NCBI GenBank assembly: GCA_965228125.1
Contig: OZ245791.1
Location: 117,538-181,537, forward strand
Reading direction: 5' to 3'
Source of the DNA: Victivallales bacterium
Lineage (GTDB): Bacteria; Verrucomicrobiota; Lentisphaeria; Victivallales; GWF2-38-69
DNA length: 64,000 nucleotides
In this document: piece after piece, positions 36,921-46,716 of the stretch
Position numbering within the stretch: the stretch's first letter is position 1
Layout: each line of letters opens with the position of its first letter
The notes under the pieces: generated by a model
What the model was told of the DNA's origin: nothing
Database searches by the model: none
What the model saw: the letters and a program-made list of their open reading frames with translations, nothing else
Translations under genes and position numbers: made by a program

Positions 36921-37805
36921 ATGACCTATTTTTCACCAAAGAGCGAGTTTAGTTGGTCATTATCCAGATACACTCTTTTTAAACAGTGCAAAAGAGCATA
37001 CTTTTTCCATTACTACGCTTCATGGGAAGGCTGGTTGGCAGAAGCCGATCAATTCAAAAAGCTTGTATATAGGCTCAAACAAATAAAAACCGAAAAGGAA
37101 TGGATAGATGAACTTCTACTTGAATCAATGGCAAAAGCCGTCAGGAAAGAAATTGTTCCGAACATTCAATCCGTAAAATCATATTGTTTTAAAAAAGCCT
37201 ATGCTCAACTACTCAGCATGCAGAATAACGATTTCATCTATGATCCCAAAATGCTTTGCCTTTTCAATAGATATTATCTCAACGAAGGAATTTCAGTAAT
37301 CAAAAATCGTGTCTCCGAGAGATTAAAAGACATTTTTGAAGGGCTTAACTGCAAACCCATTTCAACTTTATTAATCAAAAAGAATCTCGATTTCATATCG
37401 TCAAATGAGCTAGTTAAATTCAACTTAGGTTCAATTCCCGTATGGTGTAAAACAAATTTTATCTATCACGATGAAGATGGAATAGCAATTAATAATTTTA
37501 GATTTAATGCTTTTGATTGTGATGAATATTGGGCCTTCTCAGGAGCCATTTCATTCATTTATGCGCTTAAGAATCTGCTAAGGTATAATAAAAGACTGGA
37601 ACCTGTAAGTACTTTTGTCTATGAAAAAGGCGTTCTTCCTGTTTACTCTACTCTGAACGCTAAAGAGGCTGCAGAAATAATTCTTACTTCAGTCGAAGAT
37701 ATGATGTCTTACAATGATAGCCAGATAGATAATTTCCCAAAATCTTCTGACAAAGAAAAATGCCGCACATGCAATTTCTATGAAGCATGCGCGGCAACAG
37801 TTTAA
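36921..37805 (+). CDS. Cas4-like PD-(D/E)XK-fold protein with Fe-S cysteine set
   Basis: SLSRYTLFKQCKRAYFF at the N-terminus and CRTCNFYEAC at the C-terminus (C...CX2CX5C). The expected D..(D/E)xK block reads HDEDGIAINNFRF. Confidence 0.55.
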   Translation: MTYFSPKSEFSWSLSRYTLFKQCKRAYFFHYYASWEGWLAEADQFKKLVYRLKQIKTEKEWIDELLLESMAKAVRKEIVPNIQSVKSYCFKKAYAQLLSMQNNDFIYDPKMLCLFNRYYLNEGISVIKNRVSERLKDIFEGLNCKPISTLLIKKNLDFISSNELVKFNLGSIPVWCKTNFIYHDEDGIAINNFRFNAFDCDEYWAFSGAISFIYALKNLLRYNKRLEPVSTFVYEKGVLPVYSTLNAKEAAEIILTSVEDMMSYNDSQIDNFPKSSDKEKCRTCNFYEACAATV

Positions 37806-37821
37806 ATTGAACTAAGAAATA

Positions 37822-38472
37822 TTAGTCATTGCTTTGTTGGGTTTTAGAGTCCTTCTTTGTTTTTCTTAGAGATTTCTTATAGGTTTTAAGATCACTATTG
37901 GCTTTTTTATAATCCTGTTCGGCTGAAGCCAAAGTTTTAAGCTGTTCGCTCATTTTCATTTGAAAATCCGAGACAGTTTTAGCGTTGGCTGCAACATCCG
38001 AATTACTTGAACCTTGCTTTTCGGCTTTGTTAGCCATCTTTTGAGACATCTTTTCACATCTCTGAGCCATTTTCATGCAGCCGTTTGGTGTTGTCATCGC
38101 CCCGCATTCTTTCCCTTGTTTTTTCATCATTGCGGCACAACCGGGATTAGCTGCCATACACTCAGATTTGGTTTTCATTACTGTTGTCATCTGATCTGCA
38201 ACTTTTTGGGAAGCTGCTGAGCAATTGGTTAAAAGCTCAGCCAGTTTCGTATCTCCTTTTGCAGTTGCCTTAGATGCTTGGTCCTTGAAATTCTGTGCTT
38301 GATCAGCATAAGATTTGGCAAAATCTTCACAGTTTCCTTTTTTGCACTTCATCATTGTCTGTCCAAGACTTTGGGTAGTAGCTGCCACTTGAGTTACCGC
38401 TGAGTCTTCCGCAAACATTGCCGATGAGCCGATTAAAGTTACCGCCATTATTCCAATAGCCAGTTTTTTCAT
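37822..38472 (-). CDS. exported Cys/Met-rich protein of unknown function
   Basis: Signal peptide MKKLAIGIMAVTLIGSSAMFA. Repeated C/M-rich helices (KCKKGNCEDF, ECMAANPGCAAMMKKQGKECGAM, GCMKMAQRCEKM). Confidence 0.45.
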   Translation of the reverse strand: MKKLAIGIMAVTLIGSSAMFAEDSAVTQVAATTQSLGQTMMKCKKGNCEDFAKSYADQAQNFKDQASKATAKGDTKLAELLTNCSAASQKVADQMTTVMKTKSECMAANPGCAAMMKKQGKECGAMTTPNGCMKMAQRCEKMSQKMANKAEKQGSSNSDVAANAKTVSDFQMKMSEQLKTLASAEQDYKKANSDLKTYKKSLRKTKKDSKTQQSND

Positions 38473-38636
38473 TTGACCTTCTCCTTATTTGCTTTAGTTT
38501 GGACTAGGAACCAAGCATATTATTATTTGTCAAATATTAAATACAATTACTTTTGACAATAAGATGAAATAAAAAAGTTTTCATATATATTTTTCCATAA
38601 TTTTACTAAACTCAACTGAAAAAACAGGAGAAAAAA

Positions 38637-39509
38637 ATGCCCCAGCTTGTTTTAGGACTTCCAAAAGGAAGTTTAGAAGCCGCTACCGTAGAAATGTTTG
38701 GAAAGGCTGGCTATAAAATCAAAATTAATACAAGATCATATTATCCGGCCATAGACGACGATGAAATCGAATGCATGCTAATAAGAGCTCAGGAAATGGC
38801 AAGATACGTCGAAGAAGGCATTCTTGACTGCGGCCTGACAGGCAAAGACTGGATAGTTGAAACAGGAGCAGATATTGTTGAAGTTTCAGAACTTGTCTAT
38901 GGGAAAGTGGGAAGGAAACCTCTTCGCTGGGTACTGGCTGTTCCTGAGAACGGCCCCATACAAAAACCTGAAGACCTTCAGGGCAAGAGAATTTCCACTG
39001 AAGCTGTAGGCATGACAAAAAAATATCTTGAAAGCAAGGGCATAACAGCTTCTGTAGAATTCAGTTGGGGTGCTACAGAGGTAAAACCCCCAAGGCTCGC
39101 CGATGCGATTGTAGAAATCACCGAAACAGGTTCGTCCCTTAAAGAGAATAAGCTCAAAATAATTGATGAGCTCTGTACTTCCACCACTAGGTTCATCGCT
39201 AACAAAAGCGCCATGGCTGACGATTGGAAAAGGGCTAAGATTGAAAAAATATCCTTACTTTTGAAATCAGTCCTAAATGCTGAAGGTAAAGTAGGCTTGA
39301 TGATGAACGTTAAAGGCGATGACTTAAACTCAATATTAGGAATGCTCCCGGCACTTGAGAGGCCAACGATATCCAAGCTTGCAGAAGATGGGTGGGTAGC
39401 GCTCAATACTATTATCGAGGAAAATACAGTTCGCGATATTATTCCAGAATTGCTCAAAAGAGGTGCTCACGGAATCGTGGAGTATCCTCTTAATAAGCTT
39501 TTTTATTAA
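38637..39509 (+). CDS. hisG: ATP phosphoribosyltransferase, long form
   Basis: [45 protein letters not shown]. 290 aa including the C-terminal regulatory domain. Confidence 0.9.
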   Translation: MPQLVLGLPKGSLEAATVEMFGKAGYKIKINTRSYYPAIDDDEIECMLIRAQEMARYVEEGILDCGLTGKDWIVETGADIVEVSELVYGKVGRKPLRWVLAVPENGPIQKPEDLQGKRISTEAVGMTKKYLESKGITASVEFSWGATEVKPPRLADAIVEITETGSSLKENKLKIIDELCTSTTRFIANKSAMADDWKRAKIEKISLLLKSVLNAEGKVGLMMNVKGDDLNSILGMLPALERPTISKLAEDGWVALNTIIEENTVRDIIPELLKRGAHGIVEYPLNKLFY

Positions 39510-39528
39510 ATATAAGCTTAATATGAAA

Positions 39529-39550
39529 AGCCGGACATCCGGCTTTTTTC
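39529..39550 (+). terminator. intrinsic terminator after hisG
   Basis: AGCCGG-acat-CCGGCT followed by TTTTTT. Confidence 0.75.
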
Positions 39551-39553
39551 ATT

Positions 39554-41260
39554 ATGCCACTTAAGATCGTATATATTTCTGTAATGTCGTCTTATTCTCA
39601 CAGTTCGCCTGTTTACGGACAGTTGAGAGCTTTTACAGAACTCAATTACGCTTCACCCGTACAGTGGCTGCATATCGAAACCTCAAACAATGAAAGCTTC
39701 GATCAAACCATTAAAGAAATTATTAACTTCTCCCCTGATCTGATAATTTCTACTGCGTATCTCTTTAACATTAATAGCATTATTTCTTTAACACACAGAA
39801 TTTCTTTGCTGCTTCCTAATGCAACAATAGTACTTGGCGGCCCGGAATTTCTGGGCGGCAACGAATCCTTTTTAAGGCAAAATAGTTTCATTTCCGCCAT
39901 ATTCAGAAGCGATGAGAGCCCTTTGCCCCAATTCCTAAGATGTTTAGATAGCGGAATAAAAGACTGGTCATCCATCAAAGGAATCTGCTATCTGGATAAA
40001 AAACATAGTAAATATGTGGACAATGAAACCGCCGCTGTAAATCCTAATCTGGATGAGTTACCCTCCCCATACCAAAAAGGATACTTCTCAACAAATAAAC
40101 CATTTATCCACTTTGAGACTTGCAGAGGCTGCCCTTCTCATTGCTCTTTTTGCTCAAGCGCTAATTCTAAACTTAAACAGCATGGGATTGAAAGAGTTAA
40201 ATCGGACCTGCAAATTGTCACAAAAACAGGTATTAAAGAGATAAGGATACTGGACAGGACTTTCAATGTGCCGGAAGAACGGGCTGTTTCGCTTCTAAAT
40301 CTTTTTATAACACACTTTCATGATATTAAATTCCACCTTGAAATAGATCCTTCAAAGCTATCATCAAATTTCATCGAAAAACTGCGGACTGCACCCAAAG
40401 ATATGTTCCACCTAGAAGCAGGAGTCCAAACCTTCTCAGTTAGAGTTCTAAAAACCATTAAAAGAACAGCTGACGTTGAAAAAGCATCTTCAAATCTTTG
40501 TAAACTTTGTCGTATGGATAATATCAGAATGCACACGGATCTAATAGCAGGTTTGCCGCTTCAAAAATTTTTAAATGTCATAGAGGATATAAAAATTTTA
40601 ACTAAATTAGACCCCGCCGAAATCCAACTTGAAACCTTAAAACTCCTGCCGGGCTCACAGTTAAGGGAAAAAGAGTTTTTCGACGCTAAATACTCGCAAC
40701 TGCCCCCATATGAGGTTCTGGAAACGCCGGACATGTCTTTTTCAGAACTCTTTAAACTTAAAGTAATATCCAGAATCATTGATATCTATTACAATACTGA
40801 AAACCTCAAAGTACTATTTGCATTTGCCTTGCAAACCGATAACAACTTCCTTGAAAATTTTGCCGAACTTAATGCCAATGCTTTGACTCGGAAAGAAAAG
40901 CCTTCTTTAACATCCAGGCTTTCCATGTTTTATCAATACACATCAAGAAGCGAAAATATGCCTCTCTATGAAATGACGCTTTTTGTTTCTTTTATCTTAG
41001 GAATAATTCCCAGAAAGTACACTGACCTAAAAACTCTCAAACAAAATGAAATAGAGCAACTAAATAGGAAAATAGTCTGGGCTAACAACAAAACTGAACT
41101 CTCATACAATCACGCCTTCATGTGCAAATTTGATTCAGATCCGTTGATTTTTTTCATGCACAAAAAAACTCCTCCCTCACATAATTCTCAGTTTTATATC
41201 TTCTATTTTTCTACCTTAAGCTTCTCAAAATCGATTTCGCATATAGAAGAGATCATATAA
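39554..41260 (+). CDS. B12-binding-domain radical SAM protein (DUF4080-type C-terminus)
   Basis: Radical SAM cluster motif CRGCPSHCSFC, preceded by a B12-binding-like N-terminal domain. 568 aa. Confidence 0.75.
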   Translation: MPLKIVYISVMSSYSHSSPVYGQLRAFTELNYASPVQWLHIETSNNESFDQTIKEIINFSPDLIISTAYLFNINSIISLTHRISLLLPNATIVLGGPEFLGGNESFLRQNSFISAIFRSDESPLPQFLRCLDSGIKDWSSIKGICYLDKKHSKYVDNETAAVNPNLDELPSPYQKGYFSTNKPFIHFETCRGCPSHCSFCSSANSKLKQHGIERVKSDLQIVTKTGIKEIRILDRTFNVPEERAVSLLNLFITHFHDIKFHLEIDPSKLSSNFIEKLRTAPKDMFHLEAGVQTFSVRVLKTIKRTADVEKASSNLCKLCRMDNIRMHTDLIAGLPLQKFLNVIEDIKILTKLDPAEIQLETLKLLPGSQLREKEFFDAKYSQLPPYEVLETPDMSFSELFKLKVISRIIDIYYNTENLKVLFAFALQTDNNFLENFAELNANALTRKEKPSLTSRLSMFYQYTSRSENMPLYEMTLFVSFILGIIPRKYTDLKTLKQNEIEQLNRKIVWANNKTELSYNHAFMCKFDSDPLIFFMHKKTPPSHNSQFYIFYFSTLSFSKSISHIEEII

Positions 41261-41341
41261 ATTTAAATCTATTTCTGTATTTTCTGAAACAGCGGTTGAT
41301 TTTCTATTCTGTCTAATTAACTTATCAACCTTTCACATTGT

Positions 41342-41417
41342 GTTCTGGTAGCTCAGAGGATAGAGCATCTGACTTCTAATCAGAGGGTCGTGGGTTCGAA
41401 TCCCGCCCAGAACACCA
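41342..41417 (+). tRNA. tRNA-Arg (anticodon TCT), CCA encoded
   Basis: Folded by hand. Acceptor GTTCTGG/CCAGAAC, D stem GCTC/GAGC, anticodon stem TCTGA/TCAGA with loop CTTCTAA, T arm GTGGG-TTCGAAT-CCCGC, discriminator A, CCA. Confidence 0.9.
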
Positions 41418-41519
41418 TTCATTTTAGCCCCAAATCTTGACTTAGTTAAATCTGCCATATATCATGTAATAGCGTGTAATATTATCTAGTAAAGTGGGAC
41501 TAAAGTGGGACTAACGAAA

Positions 41520-42683
41520 ATGGCTAGAAAAAAAGGACAAGGAAATATCAGAGAAAAAAACGGTCGTTTCTATTTGCGCAGAAAAATAAATGGCAAAGAA
41601 AAAGCGATTCTCCTCGACGCTAAAACTCGAAAACAAGCAGAAGAAGAGGCAAAGAGCTATATTCCCATCAGTAATATAAAAACCGAACAGGAATTACTCT
41701 TGTTTACTGCTAGAAATCGCTCACTTATAAAAAAAGAGGCCGATTATCAGTTAAAAGACATCTTCGACAGATTTAAGAATCATCCTGGGAGAGGTGTCAT
41801 CACAGAAAAAACGCTTAATCAACATAGAACTTATTGGAATTTGTTTCTTACCTGGGCTGAAAACTATCGTCCTGAGCTGACGAAGGGACTTCAAATAGAC
41901 AAAAATATTGCACATGAATTTTTCATATATCTTTCTTCTCTTAAACAAGGTCAATCGTATAATTATGTGCTTATTACACTCAAATACATCTATCGACTAC
42001 TATATCCTGATCAGCTCAATCCTTTTAATACTATTTCCAAAAAATATTTCGCTCCCAAACCTAGAAAAGAATTCAATGTTCATATGTTCAATCAGATCCT
42101 TGATGCTTTTGAAGATCCACGCCTGTATGTGTTAAATAAGCCTCAAATGAAAGTACTATTCTATATAGCTGCATATTCAGGCATGCGATTTAAGGACTGT
42201 ATTCGTTTTAATGACGATCAAGTGAATTACAAAAGAGATATTGTTAAATGCATTCCTTGTAAGACTCGGAAAAAGCGTCCTGATTATGTGCATATACCTA
42301 TGTCTTTGGAACTCAAAGAACAGTTACTCATTGCTGAATCATGGAAAGAGAAAGGCTTATATGTTCCAGCTTTGTTTCAGAGATATCATTATAATGAATG
42401 GGGTGTAACACGCGATGCTAATAAAGTAATCAACTGGGGACTCTGGCAAGATGATAAATCAAAAGACTTATGTCAACGAACTAAAGCCACCCATAATAAT
42501 TCATTTACTTTCTCTTCCCTCAGGCATACTTTTGTTTCATTCTGCGCAAATGCCGGAGTACCTCTTGAATATGTTGCTGCAATTGTAGGACATAGCTGTG
42601 TATCAATGACACGCTATTATACTCATCTTAATCAACAATCATTAAGTCAGGTATTAAATGCTCTGCCGAGCCGAAGAAAATAA
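41520..42683 (+). CDS. tyrosine-type site-specific integrase (prophage)
   Basis: C-terminal catalytic region LRHTFVSFCANAG...GHSCVSMTRYYTH. Lies 103 nt after the tRNA-Arg. ATG 41520 (MARKKGQGNIREKNGRFYLR). Confidence 0.9.
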   Translation: MARKKGQGNIREKNGRFYLRRKINGKEKAILLDAKTRKQAEEEAKSYIPISNIKTEQELLLFTARNRSLIKKEADYQLKDIFDRFKNHPGRGVITEKTLNQHRTYWNLFLTWAENYRPELTKGLQIDKNIAHEFFIYLSSLKQGQSYNYVLITLKYIYRLLYPDQLNPFNTISKKYFAPKPRKEFNVHMFNQILDAFEDPRLYVLNKPQMKVLFYIAAYSGMRFKDCIRFNDDQVNYKRDIVKCIPCKTRKKRPDYVHIPMSLELKEQLLIAESWKEKGLYVPALFQRYHYNEWGVTRDANKVINWGLWQDDKSKDLCQRTKATHNNSFTFSSLRHTFVSFCANAGVPLEYVAAIVGHSCVSMTRYYTHLNQQSLSQVLNALPSRRK

Positions 42684-42742
42684 AAATGAGTGAGAAAAAA
42701 TACTCCCTCCCCGCCTGTCCCTCTTTTTTTCACCTTTTTTTT

Positions 42743-42780
42743 AAAAAAACAAAAAAGGGAAATTCCCAGGGAATTCCCTG
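42743..42780 (-). terminator. terminator closing the prophage minus-strand late genes
   Basis: Reverse strand reads AGGGAATTCCCT GGGAATTTCCC followed by TTTTTTGTTTTTTT. Confidence 0.6.
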
Positions 42781-42790
42781 AGCACAGAAT

Positions 42791-43735
42791 TTATTTGATT
42801 ATTGGATCTAATCTCCCTTTTTGGGCAGCAATTTTATCCGCGTCAGATTTAACTGCTGCACTTTGATCAATAGCAGCGACAAGCGGATGAGTATGACTAG
42901 AGAGAACAGTGAAACAATCGATTACTGCAGACATAAATTCTGAAACAAGTTGAAAAAGGTTCTCGTTTTTTGAGCCTATATAATTTTTAGGAGCTTTATA
43001 TTCTTGAGATTGTCCAGCATTAAAAGAAACTCCCTGACCAGCAATATTATTAAAATTCTGCCCAGCAGTGCTATTAAGATTTTGCCCTGATGTGATATTT
43101 GTATTGAATGCAGATCCGTAATGAGAGGATCCTGTCGATATAAGTTTTATAGCTCCTGCAATTCTTTCGAATATTCCATATACTTTCTTATATGAAACTC
43201 CTGTCACATCGGTAATTTCGTTTGATATAGTTCTTACCTTGTTGATGCAATTATTAATTTCTTCATAGGATTCTGAAATAATATTGGAATTGGTTTTATT
43301 CGAAATATTTCCTGCACGATCAATATCAATAAGAGAGCTCCAGCTATTCTGCAGTCGAACAGAATCACTTGAAAAACCAGACAAAGAAAGCCTATAAGGC
43401 AAACAGGATCTTATAAAAGGTAAAGAGAGTTTTCCATAACCAAAAGCTATTTCTACAACAGTTCCAGGCTGAGGATAATTAATAATCCCTTTTTCCATGC
43501 CGCCTCCGGAGATCGTAAGCGGAACAGCCTCGATTTCAGGTTGCTTATCGTCAATGTTAAGATATTCATCGAGGAGTTTAATATTTACTGCATAATATGG
43601 TCTAAAATAATCGGAAACGCGTTCCTGATCCGGGGCGTCTGCAATTGCCGTGATCACCCCAAAAGCTGGTAAATGTTTTTTAGAATTCAATTCCGGAAAC
43701 AGTCTTAAAATAATTGACCTGATAACTTCTTTCAT
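42791..43735 (-). CDS. baseplate central spike (gpV / Mu gp45-like)
   Basis: N-terminal OB-like region (FGVITAI...PQPGTVVEIAFGYGKLSLPFI), N/Q/G-rich repeats (GQNLNSTAGQNFNNIAGQG), SSHTHP near the C-terminus as in spike apex domains. ATG 43735 is 1 nt after the upstream stop. Confidence 0.55.
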   Translation of the reverse strand: MKEVIRSIILRLFPELNSKKHLPAFGVITAIADAPDQERVSDYFRPYYAVNIKLLDEYLNIDDKQPEIEAVPLTISGGGMEKGIINYPQPGTVVEIAFGYGKLSLPFIRSCLPYRLSLSGFSSDSVRLQNSWSSLIDIDRAGNISNKTNSNIISESYEEINNCINKVRTISNEITDVTGVSYKKVYGIFERIAGAIKLISTGSSHYGSAFNTNITSGQNLNSTAGQNFNNIAGQGVSFNAGQSQEYKAPKNYIGSKNENLFQLVSEFMSAVIDCFTVLSSHTHPLVAAIDQSAAVKSDADKIAAQKGRLDPIIK

Positions 43736-43736
43736 T

Positions 43737-44441
43737 TTACACCCAAGGATTATTATTCCATTTAAGTCGCATATCAGTTGATGATATTTCAATTGATGTG
43801 ATGATTGTTTGTTGATTGGCTCCAAACTTAACATTTAATCCCGGGCGATATTGCGGAATAATTGGGATTGTCGCACCTGTAATACTTGATTGAGTAGTGA
43901 GTTGACTTGGGATTTCCATGAGGACTTGTCCGAACTTTGAACCGTTCCAGGATCCGATATAAATTTTACCGTCAGGCTGGCAGTTCCAAATATATTTATT
44001 AATTTTGAGTTCCTTTCCTATCCAGTCAAGTAGTTCGTAACCACTCCCCACATTTATGCAATTAGGAATTGATGACAAATTCCAATCTGCATTTTCCAAA
44101 ATAAATTCAATCCCAGAAATTCCGCTTAAATAACTGATAACCTGTTTTATCGTTGGATGCCTCAAAGATATAGGCATTCTCATTGACATTATAGAGCTTA
44201 GTTCTTTTACATTTAATCTCTGTTGCTTAACATCCATCTGCACACATGCTTCTATATATCCTGTCATATAAAGAACATATTCGCCGTTATACCCTAAAAA
44301 ATACTGATAGATCCCTTGCAGCGGTTTTTCGCTTTGCACGACAATCACTCCACGTCCCGGGGAGAAAAGGTCAAGAACAATATTATCTGAAACAATTAGA
44401 TAGTCTTGATTGTTAACTTTTAATTTCTTTTGCAACTTCAT
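43737..44441 (-). CDS. prophage protein, possible baseplate hub (gpD / Mu gp44-like, short)
   Basis: Call rests on position next to the spike gene plus a weak pattern (RHPTIKQVISYLSGISGIEF). Confidence 0.3.
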   Translation of the reverse strand: MKLQKKLKVNNQDYLIVSDNIVLDLFSPGRGVIVVQSEKPLQGIYQYFLGYNGEYVLYMTGYIEACVQMDVKQQRLNVKELSSIMSMRMPISLRHPTIKQVISYLSGISGIEFILENADWNLSSIPNCINVGSGYELLDWIGKELKINKYIWNCQPDGKIYIGSWNGSKFGQVLMEIPSQLTTQSSITGATIPIIPQYRPGLNVKFGANQQTIITSIEISSTDMRLKWNNNPWV

Positions 44442-44442
44442 T

Positions 44443-44955
44443 TTATTCTAACGCTTTTTTTGTGACATCTAGAACCTGCTGTAATGCATTATCACTCGAG
44501 GCAGCTGAAATAATCTGGCCTGTAGCATCTACAGCTTTAATCATTGTTGAGAGTTCTCTGTTCTCTTTCTTTTCGGCAATTGAACTTTTTTCCGTCAATG
44601 AAAATTTGATTTCCCAGGCCTGTAGGTCTGCACTCTCTGAAGAATCGAGGGTGTCGCTGAAAACAACTTCTCGTATTTTAAGAACGTTCAGAAGGTCATG
44701 ACTTACCATATAAATCTGCGGATCTCCGTTTTCCAGTACTGCTTCTGCTACCGCGTTTAATTCTTCGAGATCGTGAGGGTTAATCTTTGGTATAATAAGC
44801 GCACACGAAATCTTTTTAGCCTTGTTCCCTTCGGTGACAGTACTTGTCGATGAAGTTTGTCCGGATATGTCTTTCCTTGATAGATTTTGTGATACTGATA
44901 CTTTCAGGTTTTTCCCAGGCACAGTAAAGTCGGTATTGTTTGCAGAGAGAATCAT
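44443..44955 (-). CDS. prophage tail-associated protein (weak gpU-like pattern)
   Basis: 170 aa. SD AAGGAGG upstream. Pattern ISCALIIP...LENGDPQIYMVSHD...EIKFSLTE loosely recalls P2 gpU. Confidence 0.3.
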   Translation of the reverse strand: MILSANNTDFTVPGKNLKVSVSQNLSRKDISGQTSSTSTVTEGNKAKKISCALIIPKINPHDLEELNAVAEAVLENGDPQIYMVSHDLLNVLKIREVVFSDTLDSSESADLQAWEIKFSLTEKSSIAEKKENRELSTMIKAVDATGQIISAASSDNALQQVLDVTKKALE

Positions 44956-45845
44956 AAAAAAGCCTCCTTGAAAAACTTCAACTCGTCCTCGTTATTAGCC
45001 ATAACAGCGAATAGAGCGCAATATTTAGCCGTAGACGTTGTGTTAAAATTCTGAATTTGAATACTAATGCTTTCCGGATTGGCCCCTGAAAAATAAAAGG
45101 CCTCTGCCGAACCTGTTTGAATCAAGCTCTGAAGGTCTCCCCACGCTTTATTTGCTTCAGTTATTTCTGTATTTCGTGCATCTATGGCATCGCACAACTC
45201 TTTAACAGGATCTATGTCTAATGCAAAAGCCTCAACAAACCCTAACAAAGCATCAGAATCTTTCTTGATTTCTGCTATTCTTGAATCAAAAGGATTAAAA
45301 AACTTTGCCCAATGAGGATTAAAAAAAGGTTTTGTCATCATCATTTTACTTGTTTCGATATTAAGGAGTTCTTCTGCTCTCTTCTGGCACATTGGCAGAT
45401 CTCCGAACGGGAATATATCGCATAGGATTTTTAGTTTATCTATCCAGCTTTTCTGAGTGTCAGCATAAATAGCAAATACCATGCAGCACTTGACATTTGT
45501 ATTTGAATCATCGTTAGGATCCGTGATCTTGCCAGCTAAATGACTAGCCGCTTGTGCTGGAGAAAGATAACCGATGCATTGCTCAGTATAATTTCCTTTG
45601 CCAAATTCTCCGGCCCCCATTGTCCAGGGGTGAATAGTCAGCGCATAGCCCCCTTTAAGAATTATTGAATTAATTGTCTGCCTTGCAGTAATAGCTTCAC
45701 CTGCAGCTTTCTGAATAGGATTAGGGCTATAACTAATCCCAAGGCTGCTTAAATCAGATTTGACCTTGTCAAATTCTCCGGGTATAGCAGAGAGCGCCGG
45801 ATCCAGAGTGGCTATAGCCTTAGTGACTGTCTGAGGAATTCTCAC
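44952..45845 (-). CDS. prophage hypothetical protein
   Basis: 297 aa. GTG start overlaps the upstream TGA (GTGA). No motif recognised. Confidence 0.45.
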   Translation of the reverse strand: MRIPQTVTKAIATLDPALSAIPGEFDKVKSDLSSLGISYSPNPIQKAAGEAITARQTINSIILKGGYALTIHPWTMGAGEFGKGNYTEQCIGYLSPAQAASHLAGKITDPNDDSNTNVKCCMVFAIYADTQKSWIDKLKILCDIFPFGDLPMCQKRAEELLNIETSKMMMTKPFFNPHWAKFFNPFDSRIAEIKKDSDALLGFVEAFALDIDPVKELCDAIDARNTEITEANKAWGDLQSLIQTGSAEAFYFSGANPESISIQIQNFNTTSTAKYCALFAVMANNEDELKFFKEAFL

Positions 45846-46111
45846 GCTATGCCTAGTAACTTCTTAGCGTTCTCAATAGTGGCGTATTCGGCAACTTCTT
45901 TAATTACTGTAAATTCAAAAGCTCTTAAACAGTTCTGCATGGAGCGTGTAGCCCGTTCAAAAGCTTCCTGTTGCGAAGCGTTTTTGTTTTCAATTTTGTT
46001 TAGCTCAAGCCACAAATCAAGCGTAGAAAGTATTAACTCTACATCTTCGTGGCTCCATCTTTCGCAATATTTCTTAATGGCACGATATATAATTAAAACT
46101 GCTTCAGACAT
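45842..46111 (-). CDS. prophage small acidic hypothetical protein
   Basis: 89 aa. SD GGAG upstream. Tightly packed in the operon. Confidence 0.45.
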   Translation of the reverse strand: MSEAVLIIYRAIKKYCERWSHEDVELILSTLDLWLELNKIENKNASQQEAFERATRSMQNCLRAFEFTVIKEVAEYATIENAKKLLGIA

Positions 46112-46479
46112 TATTTAACTCCGGCTTTTAATGTTGTGGGTTGCAGGGCTTCCTGGAGCCTTAGATAGTTATTATCAGCATCAACTTTCTGTTGCTGAAA
46201 TTGTGCGATCAGGTATATTATATACTCTACAGTAATGGGCTTTTCTTCCGGCAATTTTTCACCTTGTAGTGCCTTATTGATACTCATTATATTAGTTGAG
46301 ATTTCATTGCACATCGCCTGTCGATTCAGTTCGTCAAGGGTTTTTTCTCCGGAGATCACACTCCGGCATTGCGTAAGTAAGAGCTTGTCCTCATTGAGCT
46401 GTTGAGCCACCGGCGCAACTGTGCAAGAACATAAAGCTAAAACTATGCCTATAATTACAGCGTAAAGTACTGCTCTCAT
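46111..46479 (-). CDS. prophage probable lipoprotein with coiled-coil region (o-spanin-like topology)
   Basis: MRAVLYAVIIGIVLALCSCT signal with Cys. SD AAGGAG. 122 aa. Confidence 0.5.
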   Translation of the reverse strand: MRAVLYAVIIGIVLALCSCTVAPVAQQLNEDKLLLTQCRSVISGEKTLDELNRQAMCNEISTNIMSINKALQGEKLPEEKPITVEYIIYLIAQFQQQKVDADNNYLRLQEALQPTTLKAGVK

Positions 46480-46542
46480 GTTTTTAACTCCTTTCTTTTG
46501 TTTAATTTATATTTAAAATACACTACCAAGAACCATTTATAT

Positions 46543-46716
46543 TTAGCTAATATTGTCAACTTTTACCTCTTTCTTGGTACCGTAATATTTATCGATGCAT
46601 GACTGGCACATTGTATGCGACACCTGGAACTCAAATCCTCTAACTTTCAACTCATTTATAAGAGTTTTCATGCAGGGGCAATTACAACAGGCTAAAATTA
46701 TTCCTTCCTCAGTCAT
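46543..46716 (-). CDS. 57-aa Cys-rich (zinc-ribbon-like) protein, below the ORF-track cutoff
   Basis: MTEEGIILACCNCPCMKTLINELKVRGFEFQVSHTMCQSCIDKYYGTKKEVKVDNIS. Its ATG overlaps the upstream TGA as ATGA (46716-46713). Confidence 0.55.
   Translation of the reverse strand: MTEEGIILACCNCPCMKTLINELKVRGFEFQVSHTMCQSCIDKYYGTKKEVKVDNIS

Noticed and set aside
38725-39457. Long ORFs antisense to hisG, and similar antisense ORFs at 55709-56152, 56784-57215, 57916-58377 and 58708-59325
   Set aside because: They overlap genes with strong family signatures, lack RBSs and have biased low-complexity composition. This is typical of shadow ORFs.
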